Below, piece by piece: positions 1-9,654 of a stretch of DNA of 64,000 bases (its first letter is position 1; every line of letters begins with the position of its first letter). The position numbers and the translations under genes are program-made. The notes under the pieces were generated by a model. That model had not been told where the DNA came from. It saw only the letters and a program-made list of their open reading frames with translations, and searched no databases. Origin of the DNA: Candidatus Forterrea multitransposorum CG_2015-17_Forterrea_25_41 (GTDB lineage: Archaea > Iainarchaeota > Iainarchaeia > Iainarchaeales > CSSED10-239). The stretch lies in assembly GCA_009392915.1 (NCBI GenBank), contig CP045477.1:672001-736000 (forward strand). The letters run 5' to 3'.

Positions 1-595
1 TTTAAATGCTTTAATTTTCTTTTATAGTCCAATTATAAAAGTTATAATTGTTCTTGTAGCAGTTATTTTTGGACTAATAAACATTAAAGATTATTTTTGG
101 TATAAAAAAGGAATTTCTTTAACTATATCTGAAAAAGAAAAACCTAAAATCTATGATAAGATAAGAAACATAATGAATCCTAAAAATAGTTTATTTGCAA
201 TTATGTTAGGAACAATAATCTTAGCTGGAGGAGTTACAATTTTAGAAATTCCATGTACAGCAGGGCTACCTTTGCTTTGGGCAAACATGATTGCAAACAG
301 TACTCTTTCAAGTACAGGATATTATCTTCTTTTAGGAATATATATGATTATTTATTTGTTAGATGAAATAGTTTTATTCTCAATAGCTATATTTACTTTG
401 AAGATATCTAAGATGGAAGAAAAACATGGAAAGGTCTTAAAATTATTTAGTGGGCTTTTAATCTTTGGTATTGGTGTTTCCTTTGCAGTTGCAGATAAAT
501 TTATGCAAAGTATTTTAGGAATATTACTATTAACAATAGGTTCTATTCTTTTAACATATATAATAAACAAAATATATACAAAATATAAAAAGTGA
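1..595 (+). CDS. Polytopic membrane protein, 5'-partial. The reading frame is open from position 2, and the listed ATG at 173 is internal. It carries a 'IPCTAGLPLLW' motif reminiscent of the first Cys motif of CcdA/DsbD-family thiol-disulfide transporters.
   Basis: Frame 2 has no stop from nt 2 to 595. Several hydrophobic helices. The 'PC...LPLL' motif resembles CcdA 'SPCVLPLLP'. Confidence 0.35.
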   Translation, partial: LNALIFFYSPIIKVIIVLVAVIFGLINIKDYFWYKKGISLTISEKEKPKIYDKIRNIMNPKNSLFAIMLGTIILAGGVTILEIPCTAGLPLLWANMIANSTLSSTGYYLLLGIYMIIYLLDEIVLFSIAIFTLKISKMEEKHGKVLKLFSGLLIFGIGVSFAVADKFMQSILGILLLTIGSILLTYIINKIYTKYKK

Positions 596-603
596 AAGAA
601 TCC

Positions 604-945
604 TTAACTTAGGATTCTTTTATCTATTTCTGAAATTTTATCTCTAACATCTTCATTTAATCTATCATAATCTCTTTCAATATTTGAAGGAACATCTTTT
701 TTTGAAATATTATCTGAGATTGAATGTTGAAGATAAGAAATATCTTTCTTTAAAGCAGTTAAGTCTTCTCTATCTAAAGAATTTAAAGAAATTGAAAGAA
801 GTCTTTGTAATTTTCTAATATCCGTTACAATTTTTGATAAAGAAACTGGAGAATCATTACCTCTTTGATTATAAGAATAATTTGTTGAGCCTTTTGACCA
901 AGAAAAACTATCTTTTGATTTTATATTAGCCATATTTTTTAACAC
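604..945 (-). CDS. Hypothetical protein, predicted coiled-coil.
   Basis: 113-aa ORF with charged heptad-like composition and no recognisable motif. Confidence 0.3.
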   Translation of the reverse strand: MLKNMANIKSKDSFSWSKGSTNYSYNQRGNDSPVSLSKIVTDIRKLQRLLSISLNSLDREDLTALKKDISYLQHSISDNISKKDVPSNIERDYDRLNEDVRDKISEIDKRILS

Positions 946-1140
946 CTTTTTTATATACTTTTAATAGAAACATTTTTTATTTATATTAATATAATACATA
1001 AGAAGAATATTTATAATATATGGATATTAAAAACATACCAAAAATAAGTTTTAGATATACTTTTTAAACTTAATTAAAAGTTAGGTTTTAATTCTTATTG
1101 GTTAATAACTATAATATAATATTTATAAGAAAGAAAAAAT

Positions 1141-1695
1141 ATGGACACAATAAACATATCTATTTATGGTAGAGGGGGGCAAGGTGCTAAAACCTGTGCT
1201 CAAATCATTGCAGAAGCAGGAGTTAAGGCAGGGAAAAATGTACAAGCTTTTCCTGAGTATGGACCTGAAAGAAGAGGTGCTCCTGTAAGATCTTATGTAA
1301 GACTTTCAAATAAACCTATTAGGACACATGAGCCTATCTTAAACCCTGATGTTGTTATTGTAATTGATGGTAATTTAGCAAATGTTTTAAAAGAAATTAA
1401 AGAATATTCTTCTCCTTTAATTATTAATGGAAATGCAGAGATTAAAGGTTTTAAAAGTAAAGAAATATTTATAGTTGATGGGACTAAAATATCTTTAGAA
1501 GAGATTAAGATTAATAATCCAAATATTGTTTTAATAGGTTCTCTTTTAAAAATCTTAGAAGATAAAAAAATTAATTTTATAAAATATAAAGATGTTGAAA
1601 AAGTTATTAAAGAAACATTTACTAAAAAAAGAAAAGAACATTTTATTATGCCAAACCTTAATTGTCTTAAGAGAGGATATAATTTTAAAAAATAA
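1141..1695 (+). CDS. porG: Pyruvate/2-oxoacid:ferredoxin oxidoreductase gamma subunit.
   Basis: N-terminal 'IYGRGGQGAKTCAQIIAEAG' is typical of POR gamma. It is the first gene of a porGDAB-ordered operon. Confidence 0.85.
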   Translation: MDTINISIYGRGGQGAKTCAQIIAEAGVKAGKNVQAFPEYGPERRGAPVRSYVRLSNKPIRTHEPILNPDVVIVIDGNLANVLKEIKEYSSPLIINGNAEIKGFKSKEIFIVDGTKISLEEIKINNPNIVLIGSLLKILEDKKINFIKYKDVEKVIKETFTKKRKEHFIMPNLNCLKRGYNFKK

Positions 1696-1711
1696 AAAAT
1701 AAGAAATAACT

Positions 1712-1999
1712 ATGACAAAAGAAAATAAAAAAATTGGTGGAGTTTTAGAAGGTGGAACTTCTAAACAATACAGTACTGGTAACTGGAGACATAAAAAACC
1801 AATCTGGGATTCTAAAAGATGTGTTCAGTGTATGTTGTGCTATGTTTATTGCCCTGATAATTGTATTTTAGTAAAAAAAAATAAAGATGGTAAGCTTGTA
1901 AGAACAGAAACAGACTTAGAGTTTTGTAAAGGTTGTGGAATCTGTGAAAAAGTATGCCCTGTTAAATGTATAAAGATGGTTGAAGAAGACAAAGAATGA
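1712..1999 (+). CDS. porD: Pyruvate:ferredoxin oxidoreductase delta subunit (2x[4Fe-4S] ferredoxin).
   Basis: Two CxxCxxCxxxCP motifs, 'CVQCMLCYVYCP' and 'CKGCGICEKVCP'. About 95 aa, sitting between porG and porA. Confidence 0.85.
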   Translation: MTKENKKIGGVLEGGTSKQYSTGNWRHKKPIWDSKRCVQCMLCYVYCPDNCILVKKNKDGKLVRTETDLEFCKGCGICEKVCPVKCIKMVEEDKE

Positions 2000-2577
2000 T
2001 TCTAATGAACTTTATTGAAGAATTAAATCAAATAGAAACAATCATCAAAGTAAAAGAAAGCAAAAGAAAAAGTATTGTTGAAGAAAGATATGAAAGTTCT
2101 GCAGAACACACTTTTGGATGTATTCTTTTAGCACAATATTTTTTAAAAAAAATACCAGATAAATTAGATGAATTAAAAATATTAAAATTATTAAGTTACC
2201 ATGATATTCAAAATATCTATTTTGAAGATATAAATATAACAGATGAAAATTGGAAAAATAAAAAAAATCTTGAAAAAATAGCACATGAAAAAACAATTAA
2301 GACAATTCCAAAAGAAATATCTGAAGAATATAAGACACACTACATAGAATTTGAAGAATTAAAAACAAAAGAATCCAAATTTGCAAAAGCCATTGATGTT
2401 TTAGAACCAGTAATACACGCTAGCAATCATAAAGAACATTGGATAAGAGGAAACTGGAAGGAATCAGATTTAAGAAAACATAAAGAAAAATATTTAACCG
2501 AATTTCCAATATTAATGGAATTCTTTAATGAATTTGTAAATTATGCAAAAGAAAATAATTATTTTATAAAAGAATAG
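1996..2577 (+). CDS. HD-domain metal-dependent phosphohydrolase (YfbR-like), inserted inside the por operon.
   Basis: His 'SAEHTFG' followed by 'SYHDIQ' (the H...HD signature). The start overlaps the porD stop (ATGA), implying translational coupling. Confidence 0.55.
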   Translation: MILMNFIEELNQIETIIKVKESKRKSIVEERYESSAEHTFGCILLAQYFLKKIPDKLDELKILKLLSYHDIQNIYFEDINITDENWKNKKNLEKIAHEKTIKTIPKEISEEYKTHYIEFEELKTKESKFAKAIDVLEPVIHASNHKEHWIRGNWKESDLRKHKEKYLTEFPILMEFFNEFVNYAKENNYFIKE

Positions 2578-2589
2578 ATGTGAAAAAAA

Positions 2590-3750
2590 ATGAAAACTAA
2601 AAAAACAGCACTTAACGGCGGAGAAGCAATCTCCTATGCAATAAAACAAGTAGATGTTGATGTGTTTGCAATGTATCCTATAACACCACAAACACCAATC
2701 ATTGAAAGTTATGCAAACCATCATAATAATGGAGAAGTTACAACTGAATTAATCTTAGTTGAATCAGAACATTCTGCTCTTTCAACAGTTATTGGTTCAG
2801 CTGCATCAGGTGCCAGAAGTGTAACAGCAACAGCCTCTCAAGGTTTAATGTACATGTATGAAGTTTTATCAGTTGCATCTGGTTTAAGACTTCCAATTGT
2901 TATGCCTGTTGCAAATAGAGCTATCTCTGCACCTATAAACATACATTGTGATCATAGTGACGCTATGGCTTGTCTTGATCAAGGATGGATGATGGCTTTT
3001 TGTGAAAGTGCACAAGAAGCATATGACATGACAATCTTTGCTTTTAAACTTGCAGAAAAGGTTTCTCTTCCAATCATGGTGTGTATAGATGGTTTTTATA
3101 CTTCACATAATTTAGAAAATTTAGAAACATATGAAGACAAAGTTGTTAAAAAATTTGTAGGAGATTACAAAGGACCTTATAATCTTTTAGATACAAAGAA
3201 ACCAATCTCTATTGGTGCACTTTCTCTTCCAAATACATTTTTTGAAATAAAGGTGGAATTGTTTAAAGCATTTGATGATGTTGAAAAAGATTTTTTAGAA
3301 GTTTCAAAAGATTTTGAAAAGACTTTTGGAAAAAAAATTAATTTCTTTGAAGAGTATAAAGTAAAAGATGCTGAAGTGGTTATTGTTGTAATGTCCTCAA
3401 CTGCTCAGTCAACAAAAAATGTTATTGATAAATTAAGAAAAGAAAGAAAGAAGGTTGGGCTTTTAAGACCTATTCTTTTTAGACCTTTTGTTTATTCTAA
3501 ATATCTTAATACTTTAAAAAAAGCAAAAGAAATAATTGTTCTTGATAGAGCTGAAGGCCCAGGATCCTCTTCTCCTCTTTATAAAGAAATTAAACTTTCT
3601 GTTTGCGATAATGATAAAAAAATAAATGTAACCTCTTATGTCTTTGGACTTGGAGGAAGAGATCTTTTTGAAAAAGATATTGAAGAACTTCTTAATGGTT
3701 TTATAAAAGGAAAACCAAATAAAGAAAAATATTTAGGGCTTAAAAAATAA
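2590..3750 (+). CDS. porA: Pyruvate:ferredoxin oxidoreductase alpha subunit.
   Basis: 386 aa. Typical POR-alpha N-terminus 'LNGGEAISYAIKQVDVDVFAMYPITPQTPIIE' and operon context. Confidence 0.85.
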   Translation: MKTKKTALNGGEAISYAIKQVDVDVFAMYPITPQTPIIESYANHHNNGEVTTELILVESEHSALSTVIGSAASGARSVTATASQGLMYMYEVLSVASGLRLPIVMPVANRAISAPINIHCDHSDAMACLDQGWMMAFCESAQEAYDMTIFAFKLAEKVSLPIMVCIDGFYTSHNLENLETYEDKVVKKFVGDYKGPYNLLDTKKPISIGALSLPNTFFEIKVELFKAFDDVEKDFLEVSKDFEKTFGKKINFFEEYKVKDAEVVIVVMSSTAQSTKNVIDKLRKERKKVGLLRPILFRPFVYSKYLNTLKKAKEIIVLDRAEGPGSSSPLYKEIKLSVCDNDKKINVTSYVFGLGGRDLFEKDIEELLNGFIKGKPNKEKYLGLKK

Positions 3751-3762
3751 AGTGAAAAATTT

Positions 3763-5796
3763 ATGAACTATATTGAACTTGCAAGTAAAATTGAAGAAAG
3801 AAAAGCTATTGTTCCTGGACATAGAACTTGTCCTGGGTGTCCTATAGCCATTATCTTAAGAACAGCATATGCTGCAACTGATAAAAAAATAATAACATCA
3901 TCTGCTACATCCTGTGCAGAAGTTACAACAACAATTTATCCTTACACCTCATGGAATGAACCTTGGATTCATTCTGTTTTTGCAAATGCTGCAGCAACCA
4001 TATCTGGTGTTGAAACTGCTTATAGAGCTTTAAAGAAAAAAGGAAAGATAAAAGAAGAAATTAAATTTATGGCTTTTGCTGGAGATGGTGGAGCTTTTGA
4101 TATTGGACTTCAGAGCCTTTCAGGAGCTCTTGAAAGAGGACATGATTTTGTTTTTGTTTGTTACGATAACGAAGGTTACCAAAACTGTTTATCAATAGAT
4201 TCATTAATAATGACAGAAACAGGTCTTAAAAAAATAACTGAAATTAAAAAAGGAGAGAAAGTCTGGGCTTTTGATCAAAATAAACATTTGCCGGTACTAA
4301 AAGAATGTACAGGGGTCTTTAATAATGGAAGAAAAAGAGTATACGAAATAGAAACTATACATCAAAATATAAAAGCAACATCAAACCACCCATTCTTAAC
4401 TTTAAAAAGAAACGGTAGAGGAAAAGAAAACGAGCTTATCTGGAAAACAGTTTCTCAATTAAAGGTAAATGATGAAATTGTAACTATGAGAAAACTTTAT
4501 GATAAAGGAAAAGCATATGAATTTAATAAAATAAAGCTAACTAAAAAAGGCGATTATAAAGTAAATATTATTAATGATGTTAAGCTTCCAGAAAAATCTA
4601 CAAAAGAATTAATGTTATGGCTAGGTTTATATGTTGGAGATGGATGGATTAGAGAAGAAAGAGGAGAAATTGGATTTGCTCTTCCAGAAAATACAGAAGA
4701 GAGAAAAATACTTCTTAAGATCCATAAGAAAATATTTGGACAAGAAAATAAATCTAAAGATAAATATTACATATACTATAATTCTGTAAATATTTCAAAA
4801 TTTATTAATTCCTTAGGGTTTATGCAAGGTGCTAAAAATAAAACAATACCATCTTGGGTTTTTACTTTACCAATAGATCAAAAAGAAGAATTTGTAAAAG
4901 GTTTATTAATGTCTGATGGATATATTTATAAAAAGAAAAAAGATAGTTGTAGATATTTATCAGCAAGCAAAGAATTAATTAAAAGATTAAGACTTTTACT
5001 TCAAACAATGGATTACAGAGTAGGAAAAATAACTATTCAGAAAAAACCAAAAGGAACTTTTGTAGTTTATAGAGAAATGTTAAATGATGGAGAATACTAT
5101 AGTATTTGTTTTAGTAAAAAAGACAAATGGGATGTTAAAAAATACCCTAACCAATACAAATATCAAAATTATTTTATTGAAAATGAATATTTTGAAACAA
5201 GAAAAATAAAAAATATTATTCCTAGAGGAATTGAACAAACATTAGATTTAAGAGTTGATGGAGAACACAACTTTATTGCAGATGGAATTGTTGTTCATAA
5301 CACAGGAGCACAACGATCCTCTGCAACACCTTATGGAGCTTCAACAACTACCACTCCTGGAGAGAAAAAAGAATTTCAAAAAGATCTTGCAAGGATAGCT
5401 ATTGCTCATAAAATACCATATGTTGCAACTGCAAACCCAGGAAATCTTTTAGACATGCATGAAAAGTTTAGAAAGGCTTTTGAAAAGAAAGGGCCAGCTG
5501 TAATCATTGTTTATGCAGCATGCCCTACAAACATGAAGGCTCCTGAAGACTTAACTATTGATATTTCAAAGCTTGCAACTGAAACTAATTTTTGGCCACT
5601 TTATGAAGTTGAAGATGGAAAATATAAAGTAAACTATAAGCCTGCAAATAAAAAACCTATTGAAGAATTTTTAAAAATGCAAACTAAGTTTAAAGAAGTT
5701 TTAAAAGATAAAAATGAAATTAAAAAAATACAACAAGAAATAGATGATGATTTTAAAGAACTTCTAAAAATGGAAGAAGCTTTTCCTTTAAAATAA
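3763..5796 (+). CDS. porB: Pyruvate:ferredoxin oxidoreductase beta subunit (TPP-binding), interrupted by an in-frame intein.
   Basis: N-terminal 'CPGCP', then 'AFAGDGGAFDIG' and 'YDNEGYQN|C...HN|TGAQ'. The extein motif reconstitutes as DNEGYQNTGAQ, the TPP-binding loop. 677 aa against about 300 aa for a normal PorB. Confidence 0.85.
   Translation: MNYIELASKIEERKAIVPGHRTCPGCPIAIILRTAYAATDKKIITSSATSCAEVTTTIYPYTSWNEPWIHSVFANAAATISGVETAYRALKKKGKIKEEIKFMAFAGDGGAFDIGLQSLSGALERGHDFVFVCYDNEGYQNCLSIDSLIMTETGLKKITEIKKGEKVWAFDQNKHLPVLKECTGVFNNGRKRVYEIETIHQNIKATSNHPFLTLKRNGRGKENELIWKTVSQLKVNDEIVTMRKLYDKGKAYEFNKIKLTKKGDYKVNIINDVKLPEKSTKELMLWLGLYVGDGWIREERGEIGFALPENTEERKILLKIHKKIFGQENKSKDKYYIYYNSVNISKFINSLGFMQGAKNKTIPSWVFTLPIDQKEEFVKGLLMSDGYIYKKKKDSCRYLSASKELIKRLRLLLQTMDYRVGKITIQKKPKGTFVVYREMLNDGEYYSICFSKKDKWDVKKYPNQYKYQNYFIENEYFETRKIKNIIPRGIEQTLDLRVDGEHNFIADGIVVHNTGAQRSSATPYGASTTTTPGEKKEFQKDLARIAIAHKIPYVATANPGNLLDMHEKFRKAFEKKGPAVIIVYAACPTNMKAPEDLTIDISKLATETNFWPLYEVEDGKYKVNYKPANKKPIEEFLKMQTKFKEVLKDKNEIKKIQQEIDDDFKELLKMEEAFPLK
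4186..5301 (+). mobile_element. Intein with a LAGLIDADG homing endonuclease domain inside porB (372 aa).
   Basis: Begins 'CLSIDSLIMTETG' (block A) with a block B 'TSNHPF'. Two LAGLIDADG-like motifs, 'LGLYVGDGWI' and 'KGLLMSDGYI'. Ends '...GIVVHN' followed by extein Thr (HN|T). Confidence 0.8.
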
Positions 5797-5849
5797 AAAT
5801 ATAATGGCGGTTATTATAACCACTATTATAAATCATTTTAAAAAAAGAA

Positions 5850-7796
5850 TTAAATCTTTTTAGATTTAATTTTTTCAATAACCTCTGGATTGTAAAGTGT
5901 TGAAAGGTCTCCATAATCTTCAGAGTCATAAGCAATTGCTCTTAAGATTCTTCTTATGATCTTACCACTACTTGTCTTTGGAAGAGAATCTACAAATTGT
6001 ATTTTATCAGGTTTTGCAATTGGCCCGATTTCCTTTGCAACATGCTCTCTTAATTCTTTCACTAAATCTTCAGAAGGATTTATTCCTGCTCTTAAGATTA
6101 CAAAAGCATAAAGAGCTTGACCTTTAATTTCATGTGGGAAAGGAACAACTGCTGCTTCACCAACATTTTTATTTGAAACTAAGGCAGATTCAATTTCTGC
6201 AGAACCAAGTCTATGTCCTGAAACTTTAATTACATCATCCATTCTTCCAATTATGAAAAAATAACCATCTTCATCTATTTTTCCTCTATCTCCACAGAAA
6301 TAATAACCTGGGTATTTAGAAATATAGATATCTAAATATTTTTGATGTTCTCCATAAATTGTTCTCATCATTCCTGGCCATGGTTTTTTAATAACCACAG
6401 AACCTGGTTCATTAACATCTGCTTTAGAACCATCCTCTCTTAAGACATCAGCATCAATACCAAAGAAAGGTTTTGTTGCAAAGCCTGGTTTTAAAGGAAA
6501 GGCACCTGGAAATGGTGCTATTAAAAATCCACCAGATTCTGTTTGCCACCAAGTATCAACTATTGGACAATTACTTTTTCCAATGTTTTCATAATACCAA
6601 ACCCATGCTTCAGGGTTTATAGGCTCACCAACTGAACCTAAAAGTTTTAAGGATGAAAGATCATGTTTTTTTACAGGGTCAGTTCCATATCTCATTAATG
6701 ATCTTATAACTGTTGGAGCTGTATAAAAAATATTTACTTTATGTTTTTCAATAATTCTCCAGTATGTTTCATTATCTGGAAAGGTTGGTATTCCTTCATA
6801 CATTAAAACTGTTGCAGCATTTGCAAGAGGACCATAAACTAAATAAGAGTGCCCTGTGATCCAGCCTATGTCTGCTGTACACCAATAAACATCATCTTGA
6901 TGATAATTAAAAATATATTTAAAAGTCTCCTTTGTGTATACTAAATAACCTGCATTTGTGTGAAGTGTACCTTTTGGTTTTTCAACAGTTCCTGAATTAA
7001 ATAAAATAAATAAAGGATCTTCAGAATCCATTTCCTCTGGTTCGCAAGTGTCCAAGATATCTAGAGATTTTACTTCTTCTTGATAGATATATTCATTTTC
7101 TTTTAAAGTTAAAGGAATATCTATATTTTTAACAACTAATATTTTTTCAATATCTTTAATATCCTCAATTGCTTTTGAAACTTCTTCTTTAAAGTTTATT
7201 TTCTTTCCTGCTCTTAGAGAACCATCAGCTGTGATAAGCATTTTTGATTTTGCAAACTCAATTCTTTCTTTTGTTGTTTGTGTGCTATATCCTGCAAAAA
7301 CAACAGAATGTATTGCACCTATTCTTGCACATGCTAAAAGAGAGATTAGAAATTCTGGTATCATTGGCATATAGATAGAAACACGATCACCTTTCTTTAT
7401 ACCATGTTTCTTTAAAACATTTGCAAATCTTGAAACTTCTAAATGTAATTGTTTATAAGTATATTTTTTTACATTACTTTCTTCTTCCCCTTGAAAGATT
7501 AAAGCTATTTTTTCTGCATTCTTTTCTAAATGCTTATCTAAGCAATTATAAGAAACATTTAGTTTTCCATTCTTAAACCAAGAATAAAGATATTTTTCTT
7601 TATCTTCCCACTCAAAGACAGAAGTATATGGTTTAAACCAAGTAATATCTTTTGCTACTTCTTTCCAAAACTCTTCTGGGTTTTTAATAGAAGCATCATA
7701 TATCTTTTGATATTCTTCCATTGATTTAATATATGCTTTTTCTTGAAAAGCTTTTGAAGGGTAATATTTTTTTTCATCACTCATAAATAATCTCAT
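5850..7796 (-). CDS. acs: Acetyl-CoA synthetase (AMP-forming).
   Basis: 648 aa. Matches 'YWRIIEKHKVNIFYTAPTVIRSLMRYG', 'SGTVEKPKG', 'WWQTESGG' and the C-terminal 'SGKIIRRILR'. Confidence 0.9.
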   Translation of the reverse strand: MRLFMSDEKKYYPSKAFQEKAYIKSMEEYQKIYDASIKNPEEFWKEVAKDITWFKPYTSVFEWEDKEKYLYSWFKNGKLNVSYNCLDKHLEKNAEKIALIFQGEEESNVKKYTYKQLHLEVSRFANVLKKHGIKKGDRVSIYMPMIPEFLISLLACARIGAIHSVVFAGYSTQTTKERIEFAKSKMLITADGSLRAGKKINFKEEVSKAIEDIKDIEKILVVKNIDIPLTLKENEYIYQEEVKSLDILDTCEPEEMDSEDPLFILFNSGTVEKPKGTLHTNAGYLVYTKETFKYIFNYHQDDVYWCTADIGWITGHSYLVYGPLANAATVLMYEGIPTFPDNETYWRIIEKHKVNIFYTAPTVIRSLMRYGTDPVKKHDLSSLKLLGSVGEPINPEAWVWYYENIGKSNCPIVDTWWQTESGGFLIAPFPGAFPLKPGFATKPFFGIDADVLREDGSKADVNEPGSVVIKKPWPGMMRTIYGEHQKYLDIYISKYPGYYFCGDRGKIDEDGYFFIIGRMDDVIKVSGHRLGSAEIESALVSNKNVGEAAVVPFPHEIKGQALYAFVILRAGINPSEDLVKELREHVAKEIGPIAKPDKIQFVDSLPKTSSGKIIRRILRAIAYDSEDYGDLSTLYNPEVIEKIKSKKI

Positions 7797-7853
7797 TTAT
7801 TATATTTCTATTTGTACAGATAAAAGAGTAGATGAAAAGATATTTATATGTTT

Positions 7854-8447
7854 TTAAAGTATCTTTTTTCTAACAATAGGTTTCTTTTTAGAAACTTCTT
7901 TTGCAAAATAATTTTTAGGACTTTTTGTATCAAAAGGATTTAATCTAGGTTTAGGTTTTTTAACTTCTATATATTTTTCAAAAAAATAATCTCTAAACTT
8001 ACTTTTAAAAATAATATTTGATGCTTTTTTATTTTTTTCTAAATTTTTAAAAGCAGAATATTTTTCTAAAACAGGGTAAAGAGAATCTAATTTCTGGTTT
8101 GACAAAGAATTTGTAAAAGCTTTATAAAATCTATTAAAAGCAGGGTAACATGATTTTTTAGTTAAAGTTCCTGCTCTATAATAATCAATATGCTCAATAA
8201 AACTTTTAGCATGGAAAGAAATATCTGGATTTTTTAAAATAAATGAAATTTCTTTAACAACAAAAGCACTATCTTCTTTTGTTAATTGATATTTTTTTGT
8301 TAAAAAATTAGCTTGGTTTTCAAAAAGATATTTTTTTACATTTTCTCTTTTTTTATTTTGATCAATCTTAAGAGTAGAAAAAGTAACAATGGAAGAAACA
8401 CTTAAAATAAATAAAGCCCTTTTAAGCAAATCTCTATCCATAATCAT
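7854..8447 (-). CDS. Hypothetical protein with an N-terminal hydrophobic segment.
   Basis: 197-aa ORF with an N-terminal signal or TM-like stretch and no motif. Confidence 0.3.
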   Translation of the reverse strand: MIMDRDLLKRALFILSVSSIVTFSTLKIDQNKKRENVKKYLFENQANFLTKKYQLTKEDSAFVVKEISFILKNPDISFHAKSFIEHIDYYRAGTLTKKSCYPAFNRFYKAFTNSLSNQKLDSLYPVLEKYSAFKNLEKNKKASNIIFKSKFRDYFFEKYIEVKKPKPRLNPFDTKSPKNYFAKEVSKKKPIVRKKIL

Positions 8448-8469
8448 TTTTTTTCTTTTTTAAAAAAAT

Positions 8470-9609
8470 CTATAAGAAAATCTCATTATCTATTTTTTCT
8501 GGCAAATACTTTTTAGCAACAAAATCTAAAGATTTGTTTGCAAGAGCCTGCTGTTCAATTCTGATCTTTTTATCAATTGCAAGCTTTAGTTCTTTTTGCC
8601 AAGCAGGAGATTTAAACCAATCATAAGACATAAGCTCTTTTGCTCTCTTAACATCCCCATCTTTCATTTTTTCAGTTACTGCTTGAAGACCGTATTCTTC
8701 AACATCTGTTAAAGTCATACCAACATACTTTGCATCAGGAACTGCTAAAAACTTAGAGTGAGCTGCAAGAGCCATAGAACCACTCTTAATTACAGAATAA
8801 ATATACCAACCATAAGGATCTCCATCAGTGAAAACAACAATTGGAAGATTAAACTCATATCTTAAACGGTGAACAAGTCTTCTTGCACCTCTTGCTGCTT
8901 GACCTGAAGTTCCAATTAATATAGCGTTATGTTTTTTAGGATAGTTTTCTTCAATTAATCTACCATACATCGCAGAAGTCTCTACAACTAAAACAAAATC
9001 AGCATTAACTTCTTTAATTTCAATTTCATCAGGCTCAATTCTGGACATGATAGACCATCCACCTCTTCCAAGATTTTTACAACTAAACTCATCATTGTTG
9101 TGTTTTCTATCAATTAAAGTAATGTCACCATAAAGTGAACCTTTAGGATCAGCTTGAAGTCCTAATTTTTCTCTAATTGTTGAAACAGAATGTTCAATAT
9201 CAACAATTACATCATTAGATTCTTCTTGACCATCAAAAGTATTTTCATTAGATTTTGCAACAGTGTGCTTAAGCTCATAATAAATTTCTCTGATTGATGC
9301 TGTTTTTGAATGTTTTAAATATTCATTACATTTTTCTGTGACTAAAACAGTTTGCATAAATTTTCTTGCAGCACCAAGATTTAAGAAAGGCCTTGTAACG
9401 GTTTTATCTCCAAGTTGTATAAATCCTTTTTCTTGATCAAAATAAACGTTTGAAAGTCCTCTTACCTTTGTTGAAAAAGTTGGAGTATGTTCATGTTCTA
9501 TTTGATGAACAATATTTTCTGCAATTTCATATACTCTTTTACCTATTTCTTTTGCACCCTCAACTTCGTGCTTTTCAAGTTCTTGTTTTTTTGGTTTTTG
9601 GTTTGCCAT
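8470..9609 (-). CDS. top6A: DNA topoisomerase VI subunit A (Spo11-like).
   Basis: Catalytic-Tyr region 'SIREIYYEL' and Toprim 'VVETSAMYGRL...FTDGDPYGWYIY'. Confidence 0.85.
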   Translation of the reverse strand: MANQKPKKQELEKHEVEGAKEIGKRVYEIAENIVHQIEHEHTPTFSTKVRGLSNVYFDQEKGFIQLGDKTVTRPFLNLGAARKFMQTVLVTEKCNEYLKHSKTASIREIYYELKHTVAKSNENTFDGQEESNDVIVDIEHSVSTIREKLGLQADPKGSLYGDITLIDRKHNNDEFSCKNLGRGGWSIMSRIEPDEIEIKEVNADFVLVVETSAMYGRLIEENYPKKHNAILIGTSGQAARGARRLVHRLRYEFNLPIVVFTDGDPYGWYIYSVIKSGSMALAAHSKFLAVPDAKYVGMTLTDVEEYGLQAVTEKMKDGDVKRAKELMSYDWFKSPAWQKELKLAIDKKIRIEQQALANKSLDFVAKKYLPEKIDNEIFL

Positions 9610-9654
9610 ATTTTAATCACATTTTTATAAAGTTTTATTTTTTTTAAAAAAGAA

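Noticed and set aside
352-570. Nested or antisense small ORFs from the track: 352..570, 2045..2296, 2512..2724, 5753..5935, 9450..9647, 14175..14357, 16308..16544, 25663..25860, 37755..38021, 38547..38921, 43561..43830, 45616..45990, 48322..48522, 51415..51645, 53730..54023, 54309..54527, 55985..56233, 57710..57943, 60581..60784 and 60986..61198.
   Set aside because: Each lies wholly inside, or antisense to, a much longer ORF with clear homology-type motifs. Their composition is low-complexity (F/L/I/K-rich), which is typical of spurious ORFs in AT-rich DNA.
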